A stretch of 64,000 bases of DNA from Candidatus Latescibacterota bacterium (GCA_965226795.1 CBDDDZ010000005.1:352001-416000), one strand, 5' to 3'; positions 44,096 through 54,584 are shown, counted from the first letter of the stretch. The notes: generated by a model not told the origin, from the letters alone. Numbers and translations are program-made.

Positions 44096-45280
44096 TTGAT
44101 CCGGATCAGCAATCCGTTTTCCGAATGGAACCCGGACTTCCGACTACTGGGTGCGGCGGTGTTTTCCGTGGGCGTGTTTTTCGGAGTGCAACTTACGTTG
44201 TACAACAATTTCGCCGTGGAACGCCTGGGCATCGAGCCGCACGAACTGGGGTACGTGGAGGCCCTGCGCGAGATGTCGGGATTCATGAACGCGTTTTTCA
44301 TCGCGCTCATGATGCGTCTGGCGCCGCCGGTCGTCGCGGGTGCTTCCCTTGTCGTGATGGGTGCGGGACTTGCCGCGTACGCGGACGTGGATACGGTGTA
44401 TTCCCTCGCGGTATATTCGGCGCTGTGGGGCATCGGGTTCCATTGCTGGATTCCCATGGAGCAGTCCATGGCGTTGCGGTTTTCGCCCGATGGACAGAAG
44501 GGTAAATGGCTGGGTCAGTTGCGCAGCGTGCACGCTTTTGCGTGGCTGTTGACGATCGGGGTCTGCAATCTGGTCTTTCATATGATCCGCTACGACTGGC
44601 TGTTCGTGGGCGCCGGAGCGATCACCGTGCTGGGCGGGCTGGTGATTTTCCTTGCCAGCAGAAAACGCCCGGAAGTGCGGGAGAAGAGTTTTGTATTCCG
44701 ACGGCGCTACGGTCTGTATTACGCGCTGAATTTTCTGCAGGGCTGCCGGAAGCAGATGTTTATCACGTTTGCCATCTTCGCACTGGTGAAAGTCCATGGG
44801 ATGCCGGTGGAAACGACGATGGTACTGGTTCTGATCAATCAGACGCTGATAACGTTAACGGCCCCGTTGATGGGCCGGTTGGTAGACAGGCATGGAGAAC
44901 GGGCCGTGCTCAGCTGGAGCTATATTGGGCTGGTGTTTGTTTTTTTCGGATATGGCGCGATTCAGCACCGTCCGACGCTGTACGTGCTTTATTGTGTCGA
45001 CAATCTTATTTTTTTCGGGGGTATAGCGCTGACAACCTTCCTGCACAAGATCGCACCTCAGGAGGACCTGAAACCGACGCTGTCCATGGGCGTGACAATG
45101 AACCATTTCGCCGCGGTGGCGGCGCCGCTGGCCGGCGGGCTGGTCTGGCGTTACTTCGGTTACCAGGTGATCTTTTTCAGCGGCGCGATCCTGGCTCTGA
45201 TTTCCCTGCTCGTGAGCCAGTGGGTGGATCCGGAGGGAATGCTGCGGCGCGAGCGGGAGGCGGTTGCGTTGGCGGATTGA
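44096..45280 (+). CDS. MFS transporter
   Basis: About 12 hydrophobic helices, GRLVDRHGER. Confidence 0.85.
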   Translation: MIRISNPFSEWNPDFRLLGAAVFSVGVFFGVQLTLYNNFAVERLGIEPHELGYVEALREMSGFMNAFFIALMMRLAPPVVAGASLVVMGAGLAAYADVDTVYSLAVYSALWGIGFHCWIPMEQSMALRFSPDGQKGKWLGQLRSVHAFAWLLTIGVCNLVFHMIRYDWLFVGAGAITVLGGLVIFLASRKRPEVREKSFVFRRRYGLYYALNFLQGCRKQMFITFAIFALVKVHGMPVETTMVLVLINQTLITLTAPLMGRLVDRHGERAVLSWSYIGLVFVFFGYGAIQHRPTLYVLYCVDNLIFFGGIALTTFLHKIAPQEDLKPTLSMGVTMNHFAAVAAPLAGGLVWRYFGYQVIFFSGAILALISLLVSQWVDPEGMLRREREAVALAD

Positions 45281-45434
45281 CCTGTGCGCCGTACCGCGGC
45301 GAATAAGGGGAGGTGGGTCCGGCACCCGGCCGTCCGGCGCTGTCGGGCGTGGTAATGGACGAAAGACGAACCGGATTCTGTCTTGGCAACTCATTGCGCG
45401 ATAACGGCCGGTTTCATCGGATTTGGAGGGAAGG

Positions 45435-46388
45435 ATGGAATTTCGAGAACTTGGAAAAACTGGAATTCGAATTTCGGAGGTGGGGCTGGGCTGCTGGCCC
45501 ATTGGCGGGGCGTCGTTCAGGGGGGGCAGTCCAACGGGATGGTCCGGCGTGGACGTGATGGAGTCGATCGAAACGGTCCGCCGTTCGTGGGAGCAGAGTG
45601 TGACATTCTACGATACCGCGGACGCGTACGGTCGGGGGAAGAGCGAAGTGCTGGTGGGTATGGGACTTTACGAAAACAAAAACGAGGCCGTGATCTGCAC
45701 CAAGGTCGGGATGAGTCTGGCGGCGCCGGGCCAGGACTTCTCGGAGCCGTATATCCTGGGCGCGTTGGATGCGAGTCTTACTCGTCTGGAGCGCGATTAC
45801 GTGGATCTTTATTTGCTGCACGGTCCTCCCCTTGAGGGGATGACCGATGCGTTGTTCGGACTTATGAAGGACTTGAAGGGATCGGGCAAGATTCGTGCAT
45901 GGGGCGTGTCGATCAGTCCGGTGGAGACCTCCGACAGGGTCGTGGAGGAAGGACTGCGCGCCATGGAAGGAGGAGCCGAGGCCATCCAGCTGGTGTACAA
46001 TATTCTGCAGCAGAAGGAGGGCGACGCGCTGTTCCCCGTAGCCATGGAAAAAGGGGTGGGGATGATCGCGCGTGTTCCGCTGGCTTCGGGCTGGCTGACG
46101 GGGAAATACAACGCGCAAACGGCGTTTCCCGCAGACGATTTACGTAGTCTCAGATACACGCCCGAGAGGGTGCGAGAGACTGCCGAATTGGTCGCGAAGC
46201 TGGATTTTCTGCTGGAAGAGGCAGATTCGATGGTCGAAGCAGCCCTGCGGTTCGTGCTCTCCAATCCGGCGGTTTCAACCGTTATTCCCGGCGCGAAGAC
46301 ACCCGCGCAACTTAGAGGTATCGTCAACGCCGCCGGGATGACGCTTTCTCGCAACTCGCTGGATCGGATTAGGGAGTTGTTCGGCTGA
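45435..46388 (+). CDS. Aldo/keto reductase
   Basis: FRELGKTG, YDTADAYGRGKSE, LLHGP, VIPGAK. Confidence 0.92.
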   Translation: MEFRELGKTGIRISEVGLGCWPIGGASFRGGSPTGWSGVDVMESIETVRRSWEQSVTFYDTADAYGRGKSEVLVGMGLYENKNEAVICTKVGMSLAAPGQDFSEPYILGALDASLTRLERDYVDLYLLHGPPLEGMTDALFGLMKDLKGSGKIRAWGVSISPVETSDRVVEEGLRAMEGGAEAIQLVYNILQQKEGDALFPVAMEKGVGMIARVPLASGWLTGKYNAQTAFPADDLRSLRYTPERVRETAELVAKLDFLLEEADSMVEAALRFVLSNPAVSTVIPGAKTPAQLRGIVNAAGMTLSRNSLDRIRELFG

Positions 46389-46516
46389 ACGTACACGGTT
46401 GGCGAACGACCGGGGAAGTGACGCCGGATCCGCAACGAGGTGTTGGCGCGAATCTTGTGTTTGTACAAGGCGCACGGACAGAACCTGCGATGAAATAAAC
46501 GGATGGAGGGTTCAAT

Positions 46517-47500
46517 ATGGTTGGGTTTGCGGTGGTTGGCCTGGGTATGGGACACAACAGGTCCAGGATTATACAGGAAACCGACGGAGCGGAATTGAAG
46601 GTGGTGGTGGATCTGGACAAAACTCGGCTCAAGAGGGTAAGTTCAGAACTGGGCGTGGAGGGAACAACGGATCTGGACGCGGCGTTGAATCGTGATGACG
46701 TGGACGTGGTGATGGTGATGACGCCCAGCGGGACCCATGCCGGTTTGGGCATTCAAGCCGCTCGCGCGGGCAAACATGTCATCACGACCAAGCCCATGGA
46801 TGTGTCTACCGGGGCGTGCGATCGGCTGATTGCGGCATGCGACGAGGCGGGTGTGCTCTGCGGCGTGGATTACCAGAGCCGGTACGTCGACAACAACTAT
46901 CGGGTGGCCGAGGCGCTGCGGCAGGGGTGGTTGGGAAAGCCCATTCTCGGTGAGGTGCGATTCAAATGGTTCCGCGCGCCGTCCTATTTCACGGCAAGCG
47001 GCGGCTGGCGTGGCACCTGGAAAATGGACGGCGGCGGATCGCTGGCCAACCAGGGTGCGCATTTGCTGGACGTGCTGTGCTGGTTTATGGGCGACGCGGT
47101 TTCTGTCTATGGCGAAATGGCTATTATGAATCACGAAATCGAGACAGAGGATATCGGGTTGGCAATCGTGAATTTCGAGAATGGCGCAAAAGGTACGGTT
47201 CTGGGGACCACCACGTTTCCAACGAGTATCTATTTCAGCGCCGAAGTTCACGGGACGGACGGCGGGGTGTTGATCGACGACGTGCTAAGTGGCAATATGC
47301 GGGTATTCGGTGAGGGTCTGCAGGAGCGTCTGGCGGCGGTGGAGAACCCGCTTCAGAATATCGTGCAGGACGTGGTCAGCGCGGTGGAGAGAAAGACGCC
47401 GCTCCGTGTCGACGGAAGGGAAGGCCGCCGGACTGTGGCGTTGCTGGAGGCCATCTATGCGTCCGCTCGGGAGGGTCGGCCGCTTAAGGTCGGCGCATGA
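46517..47500 (+). CDS. Gfo/Idh/MocA oxidoreductase
   Basis: VGLGMG, GKHVITTKP, WRGTWKMDGGGSLANQGAH. Confidence 0.9.
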   Translation: MVGFAVVGLGMGHNRSRIIQETDGAELKVVVDLDKTRLKRVSSELGVEGTTDLDAALNRDDVDVVMVMTPSGTHAGLGIQAARAGKHVITTKPMDVSTGACDRLIAACDEAGVLCGVDYQSRYVDNNYRVAEALRQGWLGKPILGEVRFKWFRAPSYFTASGGWRGTWKMDGGGSLANQGAHLLDVLCWFMGDAVSVYGEMAIMNHEIETEDIGLAIVNFENGAKGTVLGTTTFPTSIYFSAEVHGTDGGVLIDDVLSGNMRVFGEGLQERLAAVENPLQNIVQDVVSAVERKTPLRVDGREGRRTVALLEAIYASAREGRPLKVGA

Positions 47501-47580
47501 GTGATGGGATGGGTCTCCGTCATTCCCGGCGAGGCCCACCGCCGGGAATCGAGCTCCGCGATCGGCTCCGCGCCCGCCGG

Positions 47581-47931
47581 CTACGCGTGGCCGTGGTCGT
47601 GATCCTCGTGTGAATCCGAGGCGTATTCCAGTGTCTTTGCCGCCAGTTGTTCGCGGGCGACAAGGCCCATTTCGACGGCCAATTTCTCAAGCGAAGCCAC
47701 CCATCGGGCGTAGTAACTCGATGGGTCGTTTTCTTTTTCTGCGGCGGCAATCCTGGAAGCCAACGCCGCGCTGAATTCGCGCCATTCGTACACGCCCCTC
47801 TCACAAAGCGCTACGGCCAGACCGAAAGCGCGTGCTTCCCACGGGGCATGGAAAAGCAGTTCTCCGTTTTCTCTGGGCAGCGCAAACTCTGCGTTCGCCT
47901 CTGCGATTTTCCGGTCGATGCCGCGGGTCAT
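47581..47931 (-). CDS. Nitrile hydratase accessory/activator protein
   Basis: LPRENGELLFHAPWEARAFGLAVAL, YYARWVASLE, His-rich tail HEDHDHGH. Confidence 0.9.
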   Translation of the reverse strand: MTRGIDRKIAEANAEFALPRENGELLFHAPWEARAFGLAVALCERGVYEWREFSAALASRIAAAEKENDPSSYYARWVASLEKLAVEMGLVAREQLAAKTLEYASDSHEDHDHGHA

Positions 47932-47938
47932 TTTCGTC

Positions 47939-48547
47939 TCACGTTTCCGGAAATTCTATTTTGGCCACTCCGATCATTGCATCGCGCGTGACCAGCGGGA
48001 CAAGCTCCCCTTCGGTATAGCCTTCCGTGCCGTCGGGCTGTTCCGGCAGTACCATATAGCGGAGATCCGAATTGCTGTCCCAGACGCGGACCTCTACTGA
48101 ATCCGGCAGATGAAGGTCGAATTCCCGAAGCACGGCTCGGGGTTCCCGGACGAGGCGTGAGCGATAGGCGTAGGACTTGTACCAGCCGGGCGGCAGGCCG
48201 AGCACCGGCCAGGGATAACAGGAGCAAAGGGTGCAGACGACGACGTGGTGGACCGTTGACGTGTTTTCCAGGACAACGATATCGGCGCTTTCTTTGCCGA
48301 CGAAACCCAGTTCGGCTATCGCCGTCGTGCCGTTCTCCAGCAGTCTGCGCTTGTAGTCGGGGTCCGTCCAGGCGTGGGCTACCACCCTGGCGCCGTTGAG
48401 CGGCCCCACGTCTTTCTCGTACCTGTCTACGACTCTATCTATGATGTCGGTCGTCAGCAACCCTTTTTCAACCAGGAGCGATTCAAGGGCCCGGGTGCGC
48501 AGGGCCGCGTCGGACTCGCTCGGGACAGTTTCTCCATCTCTGCTCAT
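47939..48547 (-). CDS. nthA: Nitrile hydratase alpha subunit, cobalt type
   Basis: VCTLCSCY (Thr/Tyr signature of Co type), [13 protein letters not shown]. Confidence 0.96.
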   Translation of the reverse strand: MSRDGETVPSESDAALRTRALESLLVEKGLLTTDIIDRVVDRYEKDVGPLNGARVVAHAWTDPDYKRRLLENGTTAIAELGFVGKESADIVVLENTSTVHHVVVCTLCSCYPWPVLGLPPGWYKSYAYRSRLVREPRAVLREFDLHLPDSVEVRVWDSNSDLRYMVLPEQPDGTEGYTEGELVPLVTRDAMIGVAKIEFPET

Positions 48548-48577
48548 GGTAGCCGATCTCCTCTATTCAAATTGTGA

Positions 48578-49249
48578 TTACGCCGGTTCCAGGTAGCCTT
48601 CCCACATGTCCAGATACACGGCGTTTTCGGCTTCGGCCGACTCCCCCCACAATTCACGGGATTCGAAGCGGACGGCATAAAGCGGTTGCTCGCGGCGCAC
48701 GCTCCCTCCGGGCATTACGGTGTCCTGGAGCTTGTGGATTCCGTAGAAGCGTGCGACGGTACCGACCTTGCCCCGGACGTATCGGGGAAGCCGGGTGTGT
48801 CCTTCGGGGTGGATGTTGCGCGCCATTACCGGGTCGCCCTTTTGAAATTGCCACCGGATATCCACTTGCGATCCGGGCGATGAAACGGGACCTGGACCTG
48901 CGCGTCCTGCCCGGACGGCATCCGGGTCGGGGTGGACCGGGGTCACGGCGTCCGGCCTGTTTCGGAATAGAGACATTCTCGTCTCCAATTCGTCTGCTGT
49001 CAGCACTTGGGCGTCGATCAGGCCCTTGATTCTGGAATGCAGCCATTTTTCATAGTAGGAGGAAGACAGGTAGAATGCCGGATCCATATTTTCGATATTG
49101 CTGCGTGAACCTCCGGGGACGGGTACGGGTGTGGCTACGGCGACGCCCAGCACGCGCCTTTCCCACCGATGGTGAAATAACGGTTCGTTTTCTTCGCGTA
49201 CGATAGGGCCGAATCCGTGCATGCCGCCCATGTCGTGTATGCCGTCCAT
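48578..49249 (-). CDS. nthB: Nitrile hydratase beta subunit
   Basis: MDGIHDMGGMHGFG, YYEKW, HTRLPRYVRG, ELWG, DMWEGYL. Confidence 0.96.
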   Translation of the reverse strand: MDGIHDMGGMHGFGPIVREENEPLFHHRWERRVLGVAVATPVPVPGGSRSNIENMDPAFYLSSSYYEKWLHSRIKGLIDAQVLTADELETRMSLFRNRPDAVTPVHPDPDAVRAGRAGPGPVSSPGSQVDIRWQFQKGDPVMARNIHPEGHTRLPRYVRGKVGTVARFYGIHKLQDTVMPGGSVRREQPLYAVRFESRELWGESAEAENAVYLDMWEGYLEPA

Positions 49250-49331
49250 GTTTCGCTCCTGTGGTTCTGTGCGGCCCGTGTACCCGCTTCGGCACGTCCA
49301 GGGGCGTTTCGTGTTGAGGAGGATCGCTCAA

Positions 49332-50042
49332 TCAGGTTCTTCGGGCGTCGTTTCCGTCGTACACGATATTGCCGCGGATCCGAATGCGTTTGGGGTTTGC
49401 CACATCGGAGAGTTCATCCACACTGTGGTATCCGATGGTCATACTCATGCGGGTGCTGCCTGTACGGTTCTGACCGATGCCGTGCATAATCATGCTGTCG
49501 ATCACCAGCATGCCGCCCGCGGGCATGGGCGCGACCAGCGCCTGCCCGAGTAAGGAGCTGGTCCACGCCGGTCCGTAAAGGGGACCGCCGATGCCGGGAA
49601 AATGGTGGGAGCCAGGCACGAGAAGAGTGGCTCCGTTTTCGGCCGTCGTCTCTTCCAGGTAGAAGATTACCGTAAAGATCGTCCGTGTCCATTGTCTGAC
49701 GTCGCGGTGCAATCCGTCCGTCCGAGTCTCCGCTGACATGTTCAGCGTTGCGTGGTTGTGCCGGTTCTTGACGAGTTCAATATTCGGCCCCATCAGACAT
49801 TCCAGCGGGTCGAGCACAATGGAGGTGGACGCGGTATCAAGGAAGATCGGATCTCTGTCCACCAGATCTGAAATCCTGACCACCCTTCCGTCTATGTTCC
49901 TCACCACGGGCTCGACCTCCGCCTCAATATCCGCCAGAATAGCCCGCCGGAGACCTTCAATCGTCTCTAGGGGAATACGATCCGGCAGTTTCAGGAAGCC
50001 GTTGTGGCGAAACAGGTGTACCTGTTCGGGTGAGAGGGACAT
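49332..50042 (-). CDS. PhyH-family Fe(II)/2OG dioxygenase (canonical HxD...H)
   Basis: LHRD, ENGATLLVPGSH, MHG, distal R. Confidence 0.9.
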   Translation of the reverse strand: MSLSPEQVHLFRHNGFLKLPDRIPLETIEGLRRAILADIEAEVEPVVRNIDGRVVRISDLVDRDPIFLDTASTSIVLDPLECLMGPNIELVKNRHNHATLNMSAETRTDGLHRDVRQWTRTIFTVIFYLEETTAENGATLLVPGSHHFPGIGGPLYGPAWTSSLLGQALVAPMPAGGMLVIDSMIMHGIGQNRTGSTRMSMTIGYHSVDELSDVANPKRIRIRGNIVYDGNDARRT

Positions 50043-50056
50043 AGACGATGTTCCCG

Positions 50057-50794
50057 TTATGCGTGTTGCGGGAAAGGGTGGGGGTGCCCGATGTAGATTC
50101 GTTCTCCGGCCGCGAGTATTTTTTCCGGGTCGTCTTTTACCACGTCGTGCGGGTCGTGCGCCTGGTAGGCCAGGGTCATGCTTCTGCGGGAAGTGCCGGT
50201 GCCGTTGACGCCCGCGCCGTGGAAACAGCAGTCGTTGAAGAGCAGCACACCGCCCCGGGACATAGGCACCGGAAGGGATTTGTGGTAGAGATCGCTCGAT
50301 TCGAATCCCTCTTCCGGACGCCGCTGGCGCTGGAAGGGGCGCCGATGACTTCCCGGCACGATGCGGATGCAGCCGTTCTCCAGGTTGGATTCCTCGAGGT
50401 AGATGAGGGCGGTGACCAGCGTGGGATGGTAGGGTTCCTCCCCGCTGTGCCAGTAAACGTGTTCGGACCCGGGCGGGCGCACCATGATGTGATTGTGTTT
50501 GTTCGTGAGCAGTTCGATATTGGGCCCAAGGATGGATGTCAGTGGATCCAGGACGACAGGATGAACGGCAGCTTCCAGGTACGCACGGTCGCGTGAGAGA
50601 ATCTTTGAGAGCCGTCGCACGTCATGCGGTTCGCGGGAGCCGGTTTTCTCCCATACAACCGGCTCGATCATCCCGGTGATCTGCTGATCGGTCACGGTAT
50701 TAAGGCGTTCGACCAGGTCGCCGGGCAGTGGTTCCGGAACCCTGTGGAAGCCGGTGTGGTTGAAATACCAGAGATCCTCTTCGTTCAGGGGCAA
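50057..50794 (-). CDS. PhyH-family Fe(II)/2OG enzyme with non-canonical H-x-G triad
   Basis: WHSG in place of WHxD, ENGCIRIVPGSH, FHG, RRS. Confidence 0.88.
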   Translation of the reverse strand: MPLNEEDLWYFNHTGFHRVPEPLPGDLVERLNTVTDQQITGMIEPVVWEKTGSREPHDVRRLSKILSRDRAYLEAAVHPVVLDPLTSILGPNIELLTNKHNHIMVRPPGSEHVYWHSGEEPYHPTLVTALIYLEESNLENGCIRIVPGSHRRPFQRQRRPEEGFESSDLYHKSLPVPMSRGGVLLFNDCCFHGAGVNGTGTSRRSMTLAYQAHDPHDVVKDDPEKILAAGERIYIGHPHPFPQHA

Positions 50795-51140
50795 GACATT
50801 CTCCCGCGCTTTGTGAGCGGTTGAACCCAGCAGATCCGAGATTCGAATTTCTCGGGTATGTTATAACGTTTCCAGACGCTCTGTCAAGGTTAATCTGGAG
50901 GTCCGGGCGGTGGATGGATGCCCGTCCGTTCGAAGCCCGGCGCTGGCGGATAGTGGGGAGGCGACACCGGTCATTTTTACTTTGGCGTGAATCCCAAAAA
51001 CCATTATATTCTAACTAGAAGTGTTTGATGCCCACTCCTGTCGGGCGTCAGCACGTCAGGATGGGTAGACGATCTGCTATGGTCGTGTGGCCATTCCCGA
51101 ATGGTCGGTCTTTTTATGTGAACTTGGAAAGGGTTGCTAC

Positions 51141-52988
51141 ATGCCGAATGCGTTGCTGGTCAGTCCCCAGAATCCGGTTACGTTCTGGAGTTTTGAGGAA
51201 GCCCTCAAAATGGTCGATAGGAAAGTCGCATTTCCGCCACTGGGTCTGCTGACCATTGCGGGAATGATGCCCGATTCCTACAAAATGCGGATGGTCGACA
51301 TGAATGCGCGCCCGCTGATCGACGAGGAGCTTGAGTGGGCCGATATTGTCATAACGTCGTCGATGATCATACATTGGCACTCTTTGGAAGACGTGATTGC
51401 ACGCTGCAACCGGATGGGCGTGCCGGTATTGAACGGAGGCCCTCTGCCCACTCAATACTACGAAGAGATCGAGGGGGATGCGATATTTTATCTGGGCGAG
51501 GCCGAAAACGGGTTTTTGGATATTGTAGATCGACTCGCTTCCGGTACAGGAGAGGTTGAACGGGAATACGTGGATCGTCGCGGCAAATTTCTGGATCTGG
51601 CGGCAACACCGCTCCCGCGCTGGTCCCTCGTCGATTTCGAAGACTATAGCAATATGGTATTCCAGGTCACGCGCGGGTGCCCCGAAAGCTGCACATTCTG
51701 CAATATTCCTTCGTTATATGGAAAAACAACGCGCCTTAAGAGCAAGAGCAGAATGGTCGAGGAACTGGACGCGCTCTACAATGTGGGGTGGCGTGGTGCC
51801 GTGATGGCGGTCGACGATAATTTCGTGGGTAACCGGGACGCCATTCGGCACGCTCTGACCGATGAGGTCGTGCCGTGGCAGCAGGAGCGCGGGTATCCGT
51901 TCCAGTTCCATACCCAGGCCAGCATCCGCGTGAGCGACGATCCGGAATTGCTCGACGCCATGTATCACGCGGGGTTCGACAAAGTGTTCGCCGGAATTGA
52001 GTCACCGGTTGAAGAGAGCCTGAAATTCATGGGTGCCCAGAAGAATCTGCAGGGCAAGGCCTCGTTGATGGACAAGGTCAAAATTCTCCAGAAAACCGGG
52101 TTCGAAGTGCAGGCGGGATTCATTATCGGCCTGGACACCGACCCGGACGATATCGCCGAACGGACCATCGCCTTCATCAGGGAGGCGGGCATTCCGGTAG
52201 CTATGGTGGGTATTCTGGGTGTGTTGCGGGATACGCCCGACTACAAGCGGTTCAGCAGGCAGGGGCGGTTGGTGGAGGGTGCGAAGTACACCGGAGATTC
52301 GGGAATTTTCAGCCGTGAACTGAGCTACGTCCCGCTGATCGATCCGGATACGTTGCTGGAACGGCATCGGAAGACGGTTGAAATATTAAACAGCCCGGAG
52401 AACTTTTTCGAACGATGCCTCACATTCCTGAATCACCGGGGGCGTAATCCGATTTCCAGAGGACCTATCCGGATGCTCGAGGTCAAGGCGGTTTTCAGGT
52501 CGATCTGGCGCCAGGGCATCTGGGGCCGGAATTACCGGTGGCACTACTGGAAGTTTCTGTTACAAGTGCTCATTAAACATCCCGCCAGTCTGCCGGACGG
52601 GGTGCGTCTGGCCGTGCAGGGGCATCACCTGATACTGACCACGCAACGCGCGTTGCAGGTAGACGAGGTGAAGACGTTTCTTGACGAGGCGTCCGAACAT
52701 CTGGAGCATTTCAGGAATGGCTATCGCGCGGCCTACCGGAAGAACATGGGCGCGTACGCCAGCCGGCTCATGAGATCGGTGCACCATCGCTTCGAGCACT
52801 TTCAGGACGACCAGAGGACCCTTCAGCATCACGCCAAGGTGCTCCGGGGGGCCGCCCAGGAGTACTATCAGGCAACCTGTGAGGAATTCCGGCACCAGAT
52901 CCAGGAGCCGCTGGAACGATTTCAACAGGATACCGATCACTTGCTGCGGACCCTCTCGGCCGAGCAGGCCGCACTTCAGAGGTCGTAG
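51141..52988 (+). CDS. Cobalamin-binding radical SAM protein (DUF4070-type)
   Basis: TFWSF, PPLGLLT, GGP, RGCPESCTFC (CxxxCxxC), VDDNF, GFIIGLDTD. Confidence 0.9.
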   Translation: MPNALLVSPQNPVTFWSFEEALKMVDRKVAFPPLGLLTIAGMMPDSYKMRMVDMNARPLIDEELEWADIVITSSMIIHWHSLEDVIARCNRMGVPVLNGGPLPTQYYEEIEGDAIFYLGEAENGFLDIVDRLASGTGEVEREYVDRRGKFLDLAATPLPRWSLVDFEDYSNMVFQVTRGCPESCTFCNIPSLYGKTTRLKSKSRMVEELDALYNVGWRGAVMAVDDNFVGNRDAIRHALTDEVVPWQQERGYPFQFHTQASIRVSDDPELLDAMYHAGFDKVFAGIESPVEESLKFMGAQKNLQGKASLMDKVKILQKTGFEVQAGFIIGLDTDPDDIAERTIAFIREAGIPVAMVGILGVLRDTPDYKRFSRQGRLVEGAKYTGDSGIFSRELSYVPLIDPDTLLERHRKTVEILNSPENFFERCLTFLNHRGRNPISRGPIRMLEVKAVFRSIWRQGIWGRNYRWHYWKFLLQVLIKHPASLPDGVRLAVQGHHLILTTQRALQVDEVKTFLDEASEHLEHFRNGYRAAYRKNMGAYASRLMRSVHHRFEHFQDDQRTLQHHAKVLRGAAQEYYQATCEEFRHQIQEPLERFQQDTDHLLRTLSAEQAALQRS

Positions 52989-53064
52989 TGTAAGCGCCGC
53001 GCTGTTCCCGGATTCAGTTTGAAGGCGGTGGTTTGCCAACCATACCCGGGTACGGCGCGGCGCT

Positions 53065-54279
53065 TTACAGTTTCCAGTAATCGTCGATGTCGCTCTGATA
53101 GGCGCTGATTTTCCCGCTGAGCACGTCGATGACCTTGACGACTTCGCCAGAATTTCCCGATTCATACAGCGCTTCGCCTACGGCCTTGCTGCGCAGGCCT
53201 TCTTCGGCGTCTATTTCCACGTTTCTCCCGGTACTTATCGCGTCAATGAAGTCCCAGAGTTCCAGGGGCATGCCGCCGGTGATGCCGTAGGGAAACAGAC
53301 GTTCGTTCTCTTCTTTGCTCAGGCTTTTCCGAAACATATCCACGACTCTTTCCATGCTGAAGGTCACACCATCCAGGAGCTGGCATTCGCCGCGATGGGT
53401 GCTTGCCGCAGGATGGAAAATATCGTATTCCACAATGGTGCCCTTGCTGCCGGTCAGGCTGAGTTGAAGAAATCCTTTTCCCGGGGCGCTGTTAGTCCAT
53501 GACCAGGTTCCGATAACGCCGTTCTTGAAGTTGAAAATACTGGTCCAGAAGTCTTCTCGTGTATCGTTGATGATCCTCCGCCCCTTCATGTGGGGGCGTT
53601 TTTCGATTTGTTCCACGCGGGCGTACACGCTGTGGACTTCACCGAACCAGTAGCGCATGGTGTCCACCCAGTGGGCGCCGCTGTCCATCAGCATGCCGCA
53701 TCCCCCCAGGTGGCGGTCAACCCGCCAGTGCCAGGCCGGGGTGTTTTCGGGGTCCTGCCACGAGGCGCTGGCTGCCAGCCAGAATCGGGGTTTCCCCAGC
53801 ATCCCTCCCGCGTTAAGCACCCAGTGGATGGCGCGCTGGCCGACGCTGCGGCGGCATTGTTCGGCCGTTGCGGCGATACGTTTGTGTTTTTTTGCCGCGG
53901 CGATTATTTTTTTCGTGGCTTTCACCGTGATGCCGATGGGTTTTTCGCAGAGGATATTCACGCCGCCGGCGAGAAGCTCACAGGCCAGGACGTGATGCAG
54001 GCCGTGGGGCCCGCAGATGTCGGCGCCATCCAGATGTTTCTCGCCGTTGAGCAATTCCTCCACGGTCCGGTAGGCGGTAACCGGCTGACCGGTGTGGCTT
54101 TCAATCCGGTCTGCCATGTCTCTGGCGCGTTCCGGGACGTCGTCTACGGTAGCGACAATGCGGAAGCGCGTTTCGTTTCTTTCGAGGAGTTCGGCGTAAC
54201 CCCTGAGATGGGCTCCGGCAATGCCGCCGCATCCAACAATGGCGAGATTCACCCGTCTGCCGTTGGGTTGCTTGGCCAT
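53065..54279 (-). CDS. Gfo/Idh/MocA oxidoreductase
   Basis: VGCGGIA, LCEKP, MDSGAHWVD. Confidence 0.9.
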   Translation of the reverse strand: MAKQPNGRRVNLAIVGCGGIAGAHLRGYAELLERNETRFRIVATVDDVPERARDMADRIESHTGQPVTAYRTVEELLNGEKHLDGADICGPHGLHHVLACELLAGGVNILCEKPIGITVKATKKIIAAAKKHKRIAATAEQCRRSVGQRAIHWVLNAGGMLGKPRFWLAASASWQDPENTPAWHWRVDRHLGGCGMLMDSGAHWVDTMRYWFGEVHSVYARVEQIEKRPHMKGRRIINDTREDFWTSIFNFKNGVIGTWSWTNSAPGKGFLQLSLTGSKGTIVEYDIFHPAASTHRGECQLLDGVTFSMERVVDMFRKSLSKEENERLFPYGITGGMPLELWDFIDAISTGRNVEIDAEEGLRSKAVGEALYESGNSGEVVKVIDVLSGKISAYQSDIDDYWKL

Positions 54280-54584
54280 ACGATTCCTTTTACTCGTCCG
54301 TGTGATCTGTCGTGGCGACCGTGTGAGTAGACGGCGCTGGATTCCTGAGTGCGGGCTCCATGTTACCCGGTTGGGTGGATTTGTCAAGTCGTTTGTTGGT
54401 GCTGTAGAAAGACCCTGCCGCAACCGAAAGACTCTTTTCCAAGTCGAGTCTGCGGTGTCTTGCCAATTGGCCGGGGACTGGCGGTCTCCCGAAATTGACA
54501 GCCTTCCAATGAAGCGGTTGAACGTACTGATGTCCTCGTGTTCTGGCGTCTTTGTTTGAGACCTTACCTAGGAGGTGAATTGAA

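Noticed and set aside
50800..51140. Cobalamin or cobalt riboswitch upstream of the radical SAM or NHase cluster
   Set aside because: No B12-box or other riboswitch consensus recognisable by eye; an Rfam/Infernal scan would be needed to exclude it.
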